Shown here: positions 1 through 11,859 of the stretch, one piece after another
Layout: each line of letters begins with the position of its first letter
How positions within the stretch are numbered: the first letter of the stretch is position 1
Source of the DNA: Phyllobates terribilis
Lineage: Eukaryota
Length of the DNA stretch: 64,000 bases
NCBI RefSeq assembly: GCF_046119375.1
Contig: NW_027362764.1
Coordinates: 713,930,001-713,994,000 of the forward strand
Direction of reading: 5' to 3'
Translations under genes and position numbers: made by a program
The notes under the pieces: model-generated
What the model was told of the DNA's origin: nothing
Seen by the model: the letters and a program-made list of their open reading frames with translations, nothing else
Databases searched by the model: none

Positions 1-470
1 CCCCATGTGACCACATTACCAGGGCTGCCCCCCATGTGACCGGATTACCAGGGCAGCCCCCCATGTGACCAGATTACCAGGGCAGCCCCCCATGTGACCA
101 GATTACCAGGGCTGCCCCCCATGTGACCACATTACCAGGGCAGCCCCCATGTGACCAGATTACCAGAGCTGCCCCCCATGTGACCACATTACCAGGGCAG
201 CCCCCATGTGACCAGATTACCAGAGCTGCCCCCCATGTTACCAGATTACCAGGGCAGCCCCCCATGTGACCAGATTACCAGGGCAGCCCCCCATGTGACC
301 AGATTACCAGGGCTGCCCCCCATGTGACCACATTACCAGGGCAGCCCCCATGTGACCAGATTACCAGAGCTGCCCCCCATGTTACCAGATTACCAGGGCA
401 GCCCCCCATGTGACCAGATTACCAGGGCAGCCCCCCATGTGACCAGATTACCAGGGCAGCCCCCATGTGA
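1..470. repeat. Minisatellite, unit about 30 bp (CCCCATGTGACCAGATTACCAGGGCAGC)
   Basis: Direct tandem copies visible from position 1. Confidence 0.95.
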
Positions 471-518
471 GCAGGCACATACCCGTCTGATGACACATAC
501 ATATCTGTACATTTGTAC

Positions 519-585
519 CTGTGCTCAGGAGCCTGTATATATGGACGGTGCGCTGCTGACCATCTCTCCACACACGAGCCATCGC
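519..585 (-). CDS. RAD54B: RAD54B exon 13 ([22 protein letters not shown], motif VI); gene continues beyond position 1
   Basis: [11 protein letters not shown] motif VI; TGCAG acceptor, G|GTACA donor. Confidence 0.95.
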
Positions 586-802
586 CTGCAACACAAAAGA
601 CTCATTTACACAATCTGATTTATAAAACATTCATCTCAATGACTGACGCTCGCTGCCGGCGTCTCCGGGAGAAGAACATCTTTTCTATTAAGACACCTCT
701 GTCGGACGATGGCCCCGATTCATCATTCTCTTTGCGCCTTCATTTTTTTTTTTATCTTTTAGACATCCTTATCTTGGTGCCAGTTTCATTCTGGCCATTT
801 AA

Positions 803-1360
803 GGCCCCGTCACACTTGGCGACGCTGCAACGATCCCGACAACGATACGACCTGTCAGGGATCGTTGCTGCGTCACTATGTGGTCGCTGGTGAGCTGTCA
901 AACAGGCAGGCTCACCAACGATCAGGGGAGCAGCGACATCGTGGAAAGAATCTTTCCACGATGTCCTGCTCCTGGTTACCAGCCTGCTGAAGCAGGAGCA
1001 GGCTGGTAACCATGGTAAACATCGGGTTACTAGGGGCACACGCGCACCTAGTAACCCGCTGTTTATCATGGTTACCACTCTGCTACGGTGAGCGGGAGGT
1101 TACCGCGCGTGTGCCCCTAGTAACCCGATGTTTATCATGGTTACCAGCCTGATCGCTGCTCCCACTGGTCACACACAGCGATGTGTGCTGACCAGCGGGA
1201 GAGCAACTACCAAAAAAAGGTCCAGGACATTTTGCAGCGATCAGCGACCTCACAGCAGGATCGCTGCAAAATGTCACACATAGCGACATCGCTGGTGAGG
1301 TCGCTGTTGCATCACCAAAACCGTGACTCCGCAGCGATCTCACTATGTGAGACGGGGGCT
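803..1360. mobile_element. PIF/Harbinger-type MITE
   Basis: TAA + GGCCCCGTCACA ... ACGGGGGCT + TTA; internal inverted GGTTACC repeats. Confidence 0.65.
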
Positions 1361-2705
1361 TTAGTCTTGTTCAGTCCTCATCATTTTTTTAGGTTTGTTT
1401 TCCCAATGTTTTTGGCTAATTCATCATTTGAAACTTTTTGAAAAAAAAGACTCGCCCAAAAAACGCAACTGATGAATCAGGGCCATCGACTTCTAAGGTG
1501 GCCACCTCCAATGGGAGCAGTTCTCTATCACATTGGCATTTTTTTCCAAAAAACATGGCCTGGAGAAATCGTGCCCTCTGGACCTTGAATCCTCGTGTCA
1601 TCCCCCATCTCTAGATATAGCAAAGCGTATACTTTTTGTCTACAGAGTTTCAAAAACTCATCAAAAACTCATTGTGGGCACAAAACCCTAAGGAATTTCT
1701 TGAGCGCATAGATATAGACAAGCAATATGGATTGCGGACAGTGTGCGCGCACCACAGTCCAGAAGGACAGGAGAACAGTGACTCCTGGTGGTAAAAGTTG
1801 GTATGACTCCACAATTATCATACCTTTATTTATAGATACAGAAAGAATTTGCCATTTATTTCATGATTCATGAATGTCAAATCTGCCCAGTTACACAATG
1901 CTGCACCCCTTGTTCCAGTTTCTTGTACAATTTGCCATTCAGGACACTTGTAAAGCAAAAAAGTGTAATGAGATCATTGGATGCAACAGTCTTTGGCGCC
2001 TTCTTACAGATGCATGAATGAAGTTCAGCCGTGAGGGGCCACGTTCCCATGAGTTTTATGGGAAGAAAATCTGCTGTGTTTCGCAGGTTAAGCAAAGAGG
2101 ATGTGATTCTATGAAAGCTCATGGCCACCGTGTATAAAAGACGCCATTAACTCTGCTTTTTTGGTGCATTTTTTCCCCTATAGGCTTTTATGGGATAGGC
2201 TTTTATGGGAAGCCTGGAAAAATGCATGTGAAAAAAACAAAACGTAATTGCATTGATAAGTGTGGGATCCCAGCATTTCTGCACTAAAAAAAATACAAAA
2301 AATGCAGCATTTTCATATGTGGGAACATGTACATTTTTTGGGGTCCAGGATGACTGAGCAGCTAGACTGAGTGGACGCAGTGGATATGTCAAGTCCTGGA
2401 TGACGTGGTTGTATTTTCTGCTGTTTCTCTATGGGTGCTCCATCAAAGATTACTCCAATACCCTAAGGCCGGATTCACACATCCAATATTCACAGTCCTA
2501 GTATGGACCGACTATGGCTCTCCTGACCCAAACTCTACAGCCTTATGTCAGTCTATGAGGCTGTTGGGTTTGGGTCCGAAGACCAGACCTGTGGAAAGTT
2601 TGCACATCGTGTCCGCACTTTGACCATGAATGTCAGATGTGAGATGTCCAAAGGGTTAATAACCAACTAAAAAATAAAGAACAGGATAATATCAATTGTC
2701 CAAAC

Positions 2706-2967
2706 CTGTATGTCATTAGCCGGATTCCAGTCGATGTCGTATAGGATTAAATGGCTGCCTCCGATCAGGTTCAGCCCCACGCCGCCCGCTTTGGAGCTAA
2801 GTAGGAAGATGAAGTCTGGCGAATACTTGCTGTTAAATCCGTCCACTATTTGCTGCCTGTGTGTGACCGGCGTCTGTCCGTCCAGTCTGGTGCACTTGTA
2901 TCCATGCTGCTGACACATGTCTTGTAGTATATTTAAGGTCTGAGTATAATTGGAGACCAGGACGACT
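2706..2967 (-). CDS. RAD54B: RAD54B exon 12 (VVLVSNYTQTL...RLDGQTP...LLSSKAGGVGLNLIG...DWNPANDIQ), motifs IV-V
   Basis: Helicase C-terminal motifs; TGCAG acceptor, CAG|GTTTG donor. Confidence 0.97.
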
Positions 2968-3029
2968 CTGCAAGATATAAGAGTCCACGTTTTAACCTGA
3001 TGTAATCAGACCATACACGTCCATGTTCT

Positions 3030-3570
3030 GTGCTCCTGCTCCATCCAATCCTTCACCCCACATGTCCAAACCCTCACCACATCCAAAACATTTCTCAGAT
3101 CCAGTCTTACCCAAACCTTGAATCAACATGCCCTCATCATTTCCCACCTAGACTACTACAACGTCCCTCTCCGCTGCAAAAATCTACTTTGCTCCAAATT
3201 TAATCCACGGCCTCTCCCGTCTGCCAGGCACCTTAATCAGCCATATAGTTAATCCAGAAATGGTGGCAGTCATACACAGGACTGTCCACGATCAGCTCCC
3301 CCATATATCTCTACCCTAAACTCCTGGTACATTCCCAGTCAATCTCCGGTTCTCACAAGACCTCCTTCTATCTATCCTCATGTCTGCAACTCACAGCTGT
3401 CTCCACCATATCACCTGTACATCCCCCCGTACCCTGGATCGCACTACCCCGACTGATGAGACCCCACATCAGCGAGACTTCCAAATCCAACCGCTTCAGA
3501 AAAGCCTGCACCTTAGATTGCACCCACATTTCTGTCTTGTGTAGGCCCTCACGGGCAGGGTCCTGGAGCT
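3030..3570 (+). mobile_element. L2-type LINE 3' fragment
   Basis: CATGCCCTCATCATTTCCCACCTAGACTACT and terminal CTTAGATTG...CTCACGGGCAGGG motifs; highly degenerate. Confidence 0.5.
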
Positions 3571-3677
3571 TGCACCAATCACCACCATTTCATCAGGAGT
3601 CCGGCTATGTGATTCAGCTGAGCTCCTGCCACTGATCTTGAGGGCACAGGATCAGTGCTCACTAACACACACACATA

Positions 3678-5284
3678 CAGTACAGACCAAAAGTTTGGAC
3701 ACACCTTCTCATTTAAAGATTTTTCTGTAGTTTCATGACTATGAAAAAATTGTACATTCACACTGAAGGCATCAAAACTATGAATTAACACATGTGGAAT
3801 TATATACTTAACAAAAAAGTGTGAAACAACTGAAAATATGTCTTATATTCTAGGTTCTTCAAAGTAGCCACATTTTGCTTTGATGACTGCTTTGCACACT
3901 CTTGGCATTCTCTTGAGCTTCAAGAGGTAGTCACCGGAAATGGTTTTCACTTCACAGGTGTGCCCTGTCAGGTTTAATAAGTGGAATTTCTTGCCTTATA
4001 AATGGGGTTGGGACCATCAGTTGTGTTGTGCAGAAGTCTGGTGGATACACAGCTGATAGTCCTACTGAATAGACTGTTAGAATTTGTATTATGGCAAGAA
4101 AAAAGCAGCTAAGTAAAGGAAAATGAGTGGCCATCATTACTTTAAGAAATGAAGGTCAGTCAGTCCGAAAAATTGGGCAAACTTTGAAAGTGTCCCCAAG
4201 TGCAGTTGCAAAAACCATCAAGCGCTACAAAGAAACTGGCTCACATGAGGACCGCCCCAGGAAAGGAAGATCAAGAGTCACCTCTGCTTCTGAGGATAAG
4301 TTTATCTGAGTCACCAGTCTCAGAAATCGCAGGTTAACAGCAGCTCAGATTAGAGACCAGGTCAATGCCACACAGAGTTCTAGCAGCAGACATCTCTACA
4401 ACAACTGTTAAGAGGAGACTTTGTGCAGCAGGCCTTCATGGTAAAATAGCTGATAGGAAACCACTGCTAAGGACAGGCAACAAGCAGAAGAGACTTGTTT
4501 GGGCTAAAGAAGACAAGGATTGGACATTAGACCAGTGGAAATTTGTGCTTTGGTCTGATGAGTCCAAATTTGAGATCTTTGGTTCCAACCACCGTGTCTT
4601 TGTGCGACGCAGAAAAGATGAACGGATGGACTCTACATGCCTGGTTCCCACCGTGAAGCATGGAGGAGGAGGTGTGATGGTGTGGGGGTGCTTTGCTGGT
4701 GACACTGTTGGGGATTTATTCAAAATTGAGGGCATACTGAACCAGCATGGCTACCACAGCATCTTGCAGCGGCATGCTATTCCATCCGGTTTGCGTTTAT
4801 TTGGACCATCATTTATTTTTCAACAGGACAATGACCCCAAACACACCTCCAGGCTGTGTAAGGGCTATTTGACCAAGAAGGAGAGTGATGGGGTGCTACG
4901 CCAGATGACCTGGCCTCCACAGTCACCAGACCTGAACCCAATCGAGATGGTTTGGGGTGAGCTGGACCGCAGAGTGAAGGCAAAAGGGCCAACAAGTGCT
5001 AAGCATCTCTGGGAACTCCTTCAAGATTGTTGGAAGACCATTTCCGGTGACTACCTCTTGAAGCTCATCAAGAGAATGCCAAGAGTGTGCAAAGCAGTCA
5101 TCAAAGCAAAAGGTGGCTACTTTGAAGAACCTAGAATATAAGACATATTTTCAGTTGTTTCACACTTTTTTGTTAAGTATATAATTCCACATGTGTTAAT
5201 TCATAGTTTTGATGCCTTCAGTGTGAATGTACAATTTTCATAGTCATGAAAATACAGAAAAATCTTTAAATGAGAAGGTGTGTC
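3678..5284 (+). mobile_element. Tc1/mariner DD38E (Intruder-type) copy 1; defective; right end lost in the N gap
   Basis: TA + CAGTACAGACCAAAAGTTTGG TIR; ATG at 4091, TGA at 4124 and 4307, frameshift near 4390; D-38-E spacing. Confidence 0.92.
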
Positions 5285-5446
5285 NNNNNNNNNNNNNNNN
5301 NNNNNNNNNNNNNNNNNNNNNNNNNNNNNNNNNNNNNNNNNNNNNNNNNNNNNNNNNNNNNNNNNNNNNNNNNNNNNNNNNNNNNNNNNNNNNNNNNNNN
5401 NNNNNNNNNNNNNNNNNNNNNNNNNNNNNNNNNNNNNNNNNNNNNN
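5285..5446. other. Assembly gap, 162 N
   Basis: Run of N directly after a Tc1 right TIR. Confidence 1.
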
Positions 5447-5882
5447 GCAAAAAGTAATCACAGAGACCCTGATTCCAGAGATCTATCACTTACTGGGCTG
5501 CATGCTGCAGTTTTGATAAAATCATAGTTTTATCTGCTGCAGATATAGCAGTTCTCTGAATGCTGAGCTCTCTATAAAACCACCCACACCACTGATTGGC
5601 TGCTTTCTGCCTATGCATAGTCTAAAGCTGCCAATCAGTGGTGGGTGCAGGGTTATACAGAGCTCATGTATATGGAGGACTACATAGTAGTCCTCTAAAG
5701 ATAATCTCCTGCTGATAAAACTATGATTTTATCAAAACCTACACTAAGCAGCCCAGTAAGTGACACATCGCTGGAATCAGGGTATCTGTCTCTACATGAT
5801 GCTGCTCTCAGATTAGGTGGCAAATTCTGTTCAACACAGTGGTTCTCATTACCAAACTGCTAACAAAGAGCATGGCGCTCAC

Positions 5883-6049
5883 CTCTCTGAGGGACTCTGC
5901 TCTCTTATAGCATGTAATAATTTTACTAAAACCTGCAGCTTCCCAGATTCAGACTCCAAAACTGTATTAATGCTATAATCCTGGGGAAAGAGTTCAGCTA
6001 AAGTCTCATAGAAGCTCTGCTCTTCACAGCCCACATTGGAGCGTTTCTC
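5883..6049 (-). CDS. RAD54B: RAD54B exon 11 (EKRSNVG...ESGKLQVLVKLLHAIREQSPSE)
   Basis: SGKL motif; TTTCAG acceptor; AG|GTGAG donor; only an 82-nt intron separates it from exon 10. Confidence 0.93.
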
Positions 6050-6131
6050 CTGAAAGAAGAATAAAGTGCGAGAGATTAGAAATGATACATAAATATCTAA
6101 GATGTATAATAGCTGTATAACTCACACTGAC

Positions 6132-6422
6132 CTGGATGGTCTTATAGAGCAGACTCGGGTGGTTGCAGAGTTTCTTCAGTGCCCCGATACACACGAGGTG
6201 AGGACTGCCCTCTCCTGAGCCCTGCAAACAACGCCTAACAAGACAGGAGCTCAGGAGCTTTTTGTACAGTTCCAGCTGGAACGTACAGGGTTTGCAGAAA
6301 ACGATACTTTCAATCTTCGGAGGGAGGAATTTATTAATGACCTCCTGGGTTCTTCGGAGAACGAACAGACCTGTTAAACGTCCAAGTTCTGTGGCTCTTT
6401 CGTCTCCTAATTTCTTTTCTTC
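6132..6422 (-). CDS. RAD54B: RAD54B exon 10 (EEKKLG...FVLRRTQEVINKFLPPK...LKKLCNHP)
   Basis: LRRT/LPPK and LCNHP SNF2 signatures; 291 nt, phase 0 to 0. Confidence 0.95.
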
Positions 6423-6509
6423 CTAAGAGGAAAAATTTAAGGGAAAAAATAGTTTTAAACCATTTGAAAAAAAAATAATCCTTTATGCAAAGTTTAAGAT
6501 GAGTTTTCC

Positions 6510-7976
6510 ACTACCCACAAGCACTTTTTTTGTCTGCTACCCACAAGCACTTTTTTTGTCTGCTACCCACAAGCACTTTTTTTGTCTGCTACCCACAAGC
6601 ACTTTTTTTTGTCTGCTACCCACAAGCACTTTTTTTGTCTGCTACCCACAAGCACTTTTTTTTGTCTGCTACCCACAAGCACTTTTTTTGTCTGCTACCC
6701 ACAAGCACTTTTTTTTGTCTGCTACCCACAAGCACTTTTTTGGTCTGCTACCCACAAGCACTTTTTTTCGTCTGCTACCCACAAGCACTTTTTTTCGTCT
6801 GCTACCCACAAGCACTTTTTTTCGTCTGCTACCCACAAGCACTTTTTTGGTCTGCTACCCACAAGCACTTTTTTTTGTCTGCTACCCACAAGCACTTTTT
6901 TTTGTCTGCTACCCACAAGCACTTTTTTTCGTCTGCTACCCACAAGCACTTTTTTTCGTCTGCTACCCACAAGCACTTTTTTGGTCTGCTACCCACAAGC
7001 ACTTTTTTTTGTCTGCTACCCACAAGCACTTTTTTTGTCTGCTACCCACAAGCACTTTTTTTTGTCTGCTACCCACAAGCACTTTTTTGGTCTGCTACCC
7101 ACAAGCACTTTTTTTTGTCTGCTACCCACAAGCACTTTTTTTGTCTGCTACCCACAAGCACTTTTTTTTGTCTGCTACCCACAAGCACTTTTTTTTGTCT
7201 GCTACCCACAAGCACTTTTTTTGTCTGCTACCCACAAGCACTTTTTTGTCTGCTACCCACAAGCACTTTTTTTGTCTGCTACCCACAAGCACTTTTTTTT
7301 GTCTGCTACCCACAAGCACTTTTTTTTGTCTGCTACCCACAAGCACTTTTTTTGTCTGCTACCCACAAGCACTTTTTTTGTCTGCTACCCACAAACACTT
7401 TTTTTCGTCTGCTACTCACAAGCACTTTTTTTCGTCTGCTACCCACAAGCACTTTTTTTCGTCTGCTACCCACAAGCACTTTTTTTCGTCTGCTACTCAC
7501 AAGCACTTTTTTTCGTCTGCTACTCACAAGCACTTTTTTTCGTCTGCTACCCACAAGCACTTTTTTTCGTCTGCTACCCACAAGCACTTTTTTTGTCTGC
7601 TGCCCAAAAGCACTTTTTCTGTCCGCTACCCACAAGCACTTTTTTTGTCTGCAACGCACACGCACTTTTTGTCTGCTACCCACAAGCACTTTTTTGGTCT
7701 GCTACCCACAAGCACTTTTTTTGTCTGCTGCCCAAAAGCACTTTTTCTGTCCGCTACCCACAAGCACTTTTTCTGTCTGCAACGCACACGCACTTTTTGT
7801 CTGCTACCCACAAGCACTTTTTTGGTCTGCTACCCACAAGCACTTTTTTTGTCTGCTACCCACAAGCACTTTTTTTGTCTGCAACGCACACGCACTTTTT
7901 GTCTGCTACCCACAAGCACTTTTTGTCTGCTACCCACAAGCACTTTTTTTGTCTGCTGCCCACAAGCAATTTTTGT
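6510..7976. repeat. Tandem array, unit about 26-28 bp (GTCTGCTACCCACAAGCAC + T-run), about 55 copies
   Basis: Directly visible; source of the spurious 465-560 aa ORFs. Confidence 0.97.
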
Positions 7977-8433
7977 TAGAAGGTCCATTAACAATATTTG
8001 AGGAGAGCTTTCTAGGCATGATCTCATCTGGGCACAAGGTATTGTGCGGGAAGGGGGAGGAGGTGAGCTGTGACATCACCTATTGTGAATGGTGGATACT
8101 GAGTTATCTACTATACATAAAGGTGTTACCTGTCTTTGTAATCCTGTCTGCAATGGTAATGAGACTGCTGAAAAGTAATCTGTACAGAACAGGAAGTATA
8201 AGTCTGGTATAAGGCTTAGTGGCCAGTGTGAAAATTGCAAGATTTTTGTTTTTTTATACAGATAGTGATATGGAAAACTGTAAAATAAAAAAATATATAA
8301 AATTTTTCCCCAATCAAAGACAGATAACCTGCACTAAACTTCCTAACAATAATGAATGGCATCTAGAAAAGTTATATATGTAGAATGGAGGGTTATATGC
8401 TGATATGAGAAGCCAAGATCTGAATCTACGCAC

Positions 8434-8573
8434 TTTATCCGCTGAAGGCTCCCGGGATCTAATTATTGGTTCTTCGTATATTTTTCTGTAAGTGGACAGA
8501 GAGCCAAGAATTCCTGGATTTACAAAGTCGATCAATGCATAAAACTCCTGGAGGTCGTTCTGGACCGGAGTCC
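8434..8573 (-). CDS. RAD54B: RAD54B exon 9 (GTPVQNDLQEFYALIDFVNPGILG, motif III)
   Basis: GTPxQN motif; TGCAG acceptor, AAA|GTGCG donor. Confidence 0.95.
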
Positions 8574-9517
8574 CTGCAAGAAAGCAAAGAGCATTAAAAA
8601 TATGCGAACCTATTTATATTCGGCAATGGAAATGATAAAAATATAAAGATGAGTTGACTTTCCCCATTAAGTCTTTAAAAAATGCAATTCAGACATTTTG
8701 AGAAAAAAATGGGTAACAAATAATATGGCCAAAATTACTGCTTGCAAATAGGTGTAGAGCTGAACATGACGCCTATACCATGTACCTAAATGGCACCATA
8801 AAAAGGCAACACATAAAAACAGAAAAATATATATTTGCTTGCTGTCAAGAAATAGTATAGCAAATAAAGTAGAGCCAAGGGATAAAAGGCAATAATCAAC
8901 TCCACAAACATGTGTGGGGACCCAAAATGAGCCTGTCAGAAAGGCTAAAAACACGAAATAAAACACAAAGAAAAAAAAGACAAAGAAATTAAGAGTTTCT
9001 GCAGTAATAGTGTCATAAGTGACATAGGGCAGGGAGCTAGGGACCTACCGCACGTTTCGCTTGAAAAGCTTCATCTGGGAGCCTGCCTTTTTCTATATGC
9101 TATTTTTATTTTGACGTTTTAGTCTATTTTTTAATTGATTTGAACAGACAATTTGTTATCAATAGAATTTTTGAGATTATTTAAAATTTATTCTTATTGT
9201 TTAATGGAATTAGGGACTTTTTGCTGTTTCTTGTTGTTTTTTTTTGGTGTGGGGGGGGGGGGTAATTAGTCTTCAGAAGGATTTATTATCCCATGCTGAC
9301 TTGTGTTTTCAGATCAAGGGAATATCCTACTGGCATACAAGTTATTGGTCTGAAGAAAAGCTTTTTCCAAATGTCTATGGATGTCATAAGACAAAATGTC
9401 CCCTGTATAGCATCTCCCCTGTATGATCCAAAATATTGACGGTCAAAAAACAGACAGAGAGACATTAGGAAATTGTTAATAATGCTATTTCTTAGTATAT
9501 AGGGAAACAAAACCTAC

Positions 9518-9725
9518 CAGACAGGATGATCCTTCTGCGGCAGGACAAGCTGCTGAGCGCTGAAGTCGTCTTTATCGAGCTGTTCTTTAGGCGATGGCCT
9601 TCGTCACAGATGAGGAGGTCGAAGCTGAGGTTCTGCAATTGTTCCAGAGAGCGTAATAACATCTCGTAGCTGATGATGAGCACCGGATACAAAGGAGAAC
9701 CAAGGAACTCCTCCACTTTGTGATC
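9518..9725 (-). CDS. RAD54B: RAD54B exon 8 (LLICDEGHRLKN, Walker B/DEGH)
   Basis: Motif II DEGH; TGTAG acceptor, G|GTAGG donor; phase 0 to 1. Confidence 0.97.
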
Positions 9726-10600
9726 CTACAGAGAAAGACACAAATGTATCACTGCACAAAGGAGGAAGGACTCCCGATTTTTCCCTAATGCTCAGGGCGA
9801 GAAGGGTCAAGGGCAAAGCTAAGAATTAGGGTGACCCGTCTTAGGGTGCTCCTGCCTGAGCGAGAGCACAGAACAAAGTATGGATTCAGGTATTTTTTAA
9901 GTCACTTTTCTTTCTTTTTTGTATTGTGGTATTTGTTTATGCGCTAAATTCTTCAAAATGACGAACATGAATGAAGCGTGAATTTTTGCGCAAAATCAAA
10001 AATTACCTTTATTTTTATCTTTGACCTTTTTTGTTCTCGACATTTTAGAACAAAATGTCACATGTTCAGATAAATGTCTCAAAATCTGCCCAAAAAAAAC
10101 AAAAAAAAATCAGGTGCAAATAAAATCACTCCAAGGTGGGAGAACTGGAACAAGTTTGAGCCAAAAAGTTGCAACTTTTTGAAAAGTCGCAATTGATGAA
10201 TCAGTCGAAAACATCTGGAAACTCCGAACTTCACCCGCAGTGATAAACAGAAAAGAAAGACAACAAAAGGCAATATACGAACGGGTATAAAATATCCTTT
10301 AGAAAAAGGCACAAATGAAAAGAAAAATAAGGTGCAAATGAAAAACACCCCAAAGTAGACAAAAAAGGGCCCTGTGAGTTTTTATTGAGCGAGGAATATA
10401 AAAATCATATATACAGGCCCGAACAATGATGGTTTTGTATTCATTTTCTGTTTAGATTTCATTGTTCTCTTTTTGGCTCATGAACTTAAAAAAAAAAAGT
10501 AATAATTCTTTATGAAAAGTATCGTGGACTGTAAAAGTTGGCTTGTATCTGTAAGGTATATACAGCTGCAATATAAATCATACAGAAGAACGGCTAGTAC

Positions 10601-10826
10601 CTGATCCACAGCGAATACTCTCATTCTCTCTATTCCCAACCACTTCTGAAATTCCTTCCTCCAGTTCTTCACCAGGCTCCCTGGGGTAACAATCAGAGCC
10701 TTCTTCAGGATGGGTTTTCCTCCATAGGGACCTTGACGTAGAAGAGTCCAGATCAAGCAGATACACTGAAGCGTTTTTCCTAAGCCCATCTCATCAGCGA
10801 GGATTGCTCCAAATTGGCCACTGACT
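10601..10826 (-). CDS. RAD54B: RAD54B exon 7 ([15 protein letters not shown], Walker A; motif Ia TPGSLVKNW)
   Basis: SNF2 helicase motifs I and Ia; TTAG acceptor, CAG|GTACT donor; 226 nt. Confidence 0.97.
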
Positions 10827-11239
10827 CTAAAATGAAAATGTGATTATTAAAGTGTTGTCCAATTATGAAAAATATATATTTTTTTATGTTTTCTTGTTGA
10901 AAACTCTTGAGTTACAGGGGTTGACCATGCTTGGGGTTCAAGTCTGTAGTCATTCTATGTGGCTGCAGACTGGTGAATCTTCAAAGCCCGTGCTGTCATG
11001 ATTCTCTGGTGCCTGCGTGTGACTGCAAGTATGCTATTTGGATACATGCGGTCATGTGCCGACTAGACGTTCGCATGTCTAGTTGGAATGTGGCCCTAAG
11101 TATGCAAAGTGCACGCTTGCGGTCATGTGACTGTCCGCTCCCAGCACTGTGGGCCCGCCGACGCCAGCAGAAACTTCAACTGGATGTGCATCATCGGAAG
11201 AAGATGATGAACGGCGAGGGAGTACACAGTGGTCATACT

Positions 11240-11640
11240 ACTATATGGATGACTATGGACTGTGCACTATACTTTATGGAGGACTCTGGGGAGTGCATTA
11301 TACTCTATGGAGGACTATGGGGAGTGCAGTTTATTATATGGAGGACTATGGGGAATGCATTATACTCTATGGAGGAATATGGGGAGTGCATTATACTATA
11401 TGGAGGACAATGGGGAGTGCATTATACTCTATGGAAGAATATGGGGAGTGCATTATACTATATGGAGGACAATGGGAGTGCATTATACTATATGGAGGAC
11501 TCTGGAGGGTGCATTACACTATATGGAGGACTCTGGGGAGTGCATTATACTATATGGAGGACTATGGGGAGTGCATTACACTATATGGAGGACAATCGGG
11601 GTGCATTATACTATATGGAGGACTATGGGGAGTGCATTAT
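11240..11640. repeat. Minisatellite, unit about 30 bp (TATGGAGGACTATGGGGAGTGCATTATAC)
   Basis: Directly visible; explains the repetitive ORFs at 10931-11843. Confidence 0.9.
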
Positions 11641-11859
11641 ACTTCTGCAATGGGGCCCCATGGCTTCTGTGTACGCCCCTGGTGAGTGTAATGGTTTATT
11701 TTTTCTATACATTAAAGAATAGCGGCAGAACCGGGATCACATACCAGGGGATACATATATATCAGGACGGGGCCCAGGATAAGGGACATATACCAGAATC
11801 GGGAATATATATCAGAACGGGGTCCAGGATAAGGGACATATAACAGTATGGGGGATATA

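Noticed and set aside
5201-5527. ORFs spanning X residues
   Set aside because: Artefacts of the N gap. No RAD54B exon is missing there, since exons 11 and 12 join in phase.
6499-8212. Long ORFs of 465-560 aa in three plus frames
   Set aside because: Translations of the stop-free 26-28 bp tandem array, antisense to a RAD54B intron; no domain content.
9041-9082. Hammerhead-like motif on the minus strand (CAGATGA A GCTT-ttc-AAGC GAAA C...)
   Set aside because: U4 is lost and helix I pairs poorly; at best a decayed Penelope-type remnant.
10931-11843. Repetitive ORFs rich in Y, G, M and C
   Set aside because: Products of the 30-bp minisatellite; the same applies to the ORFs at 51400-52635, 74-618 and 45005-45448.
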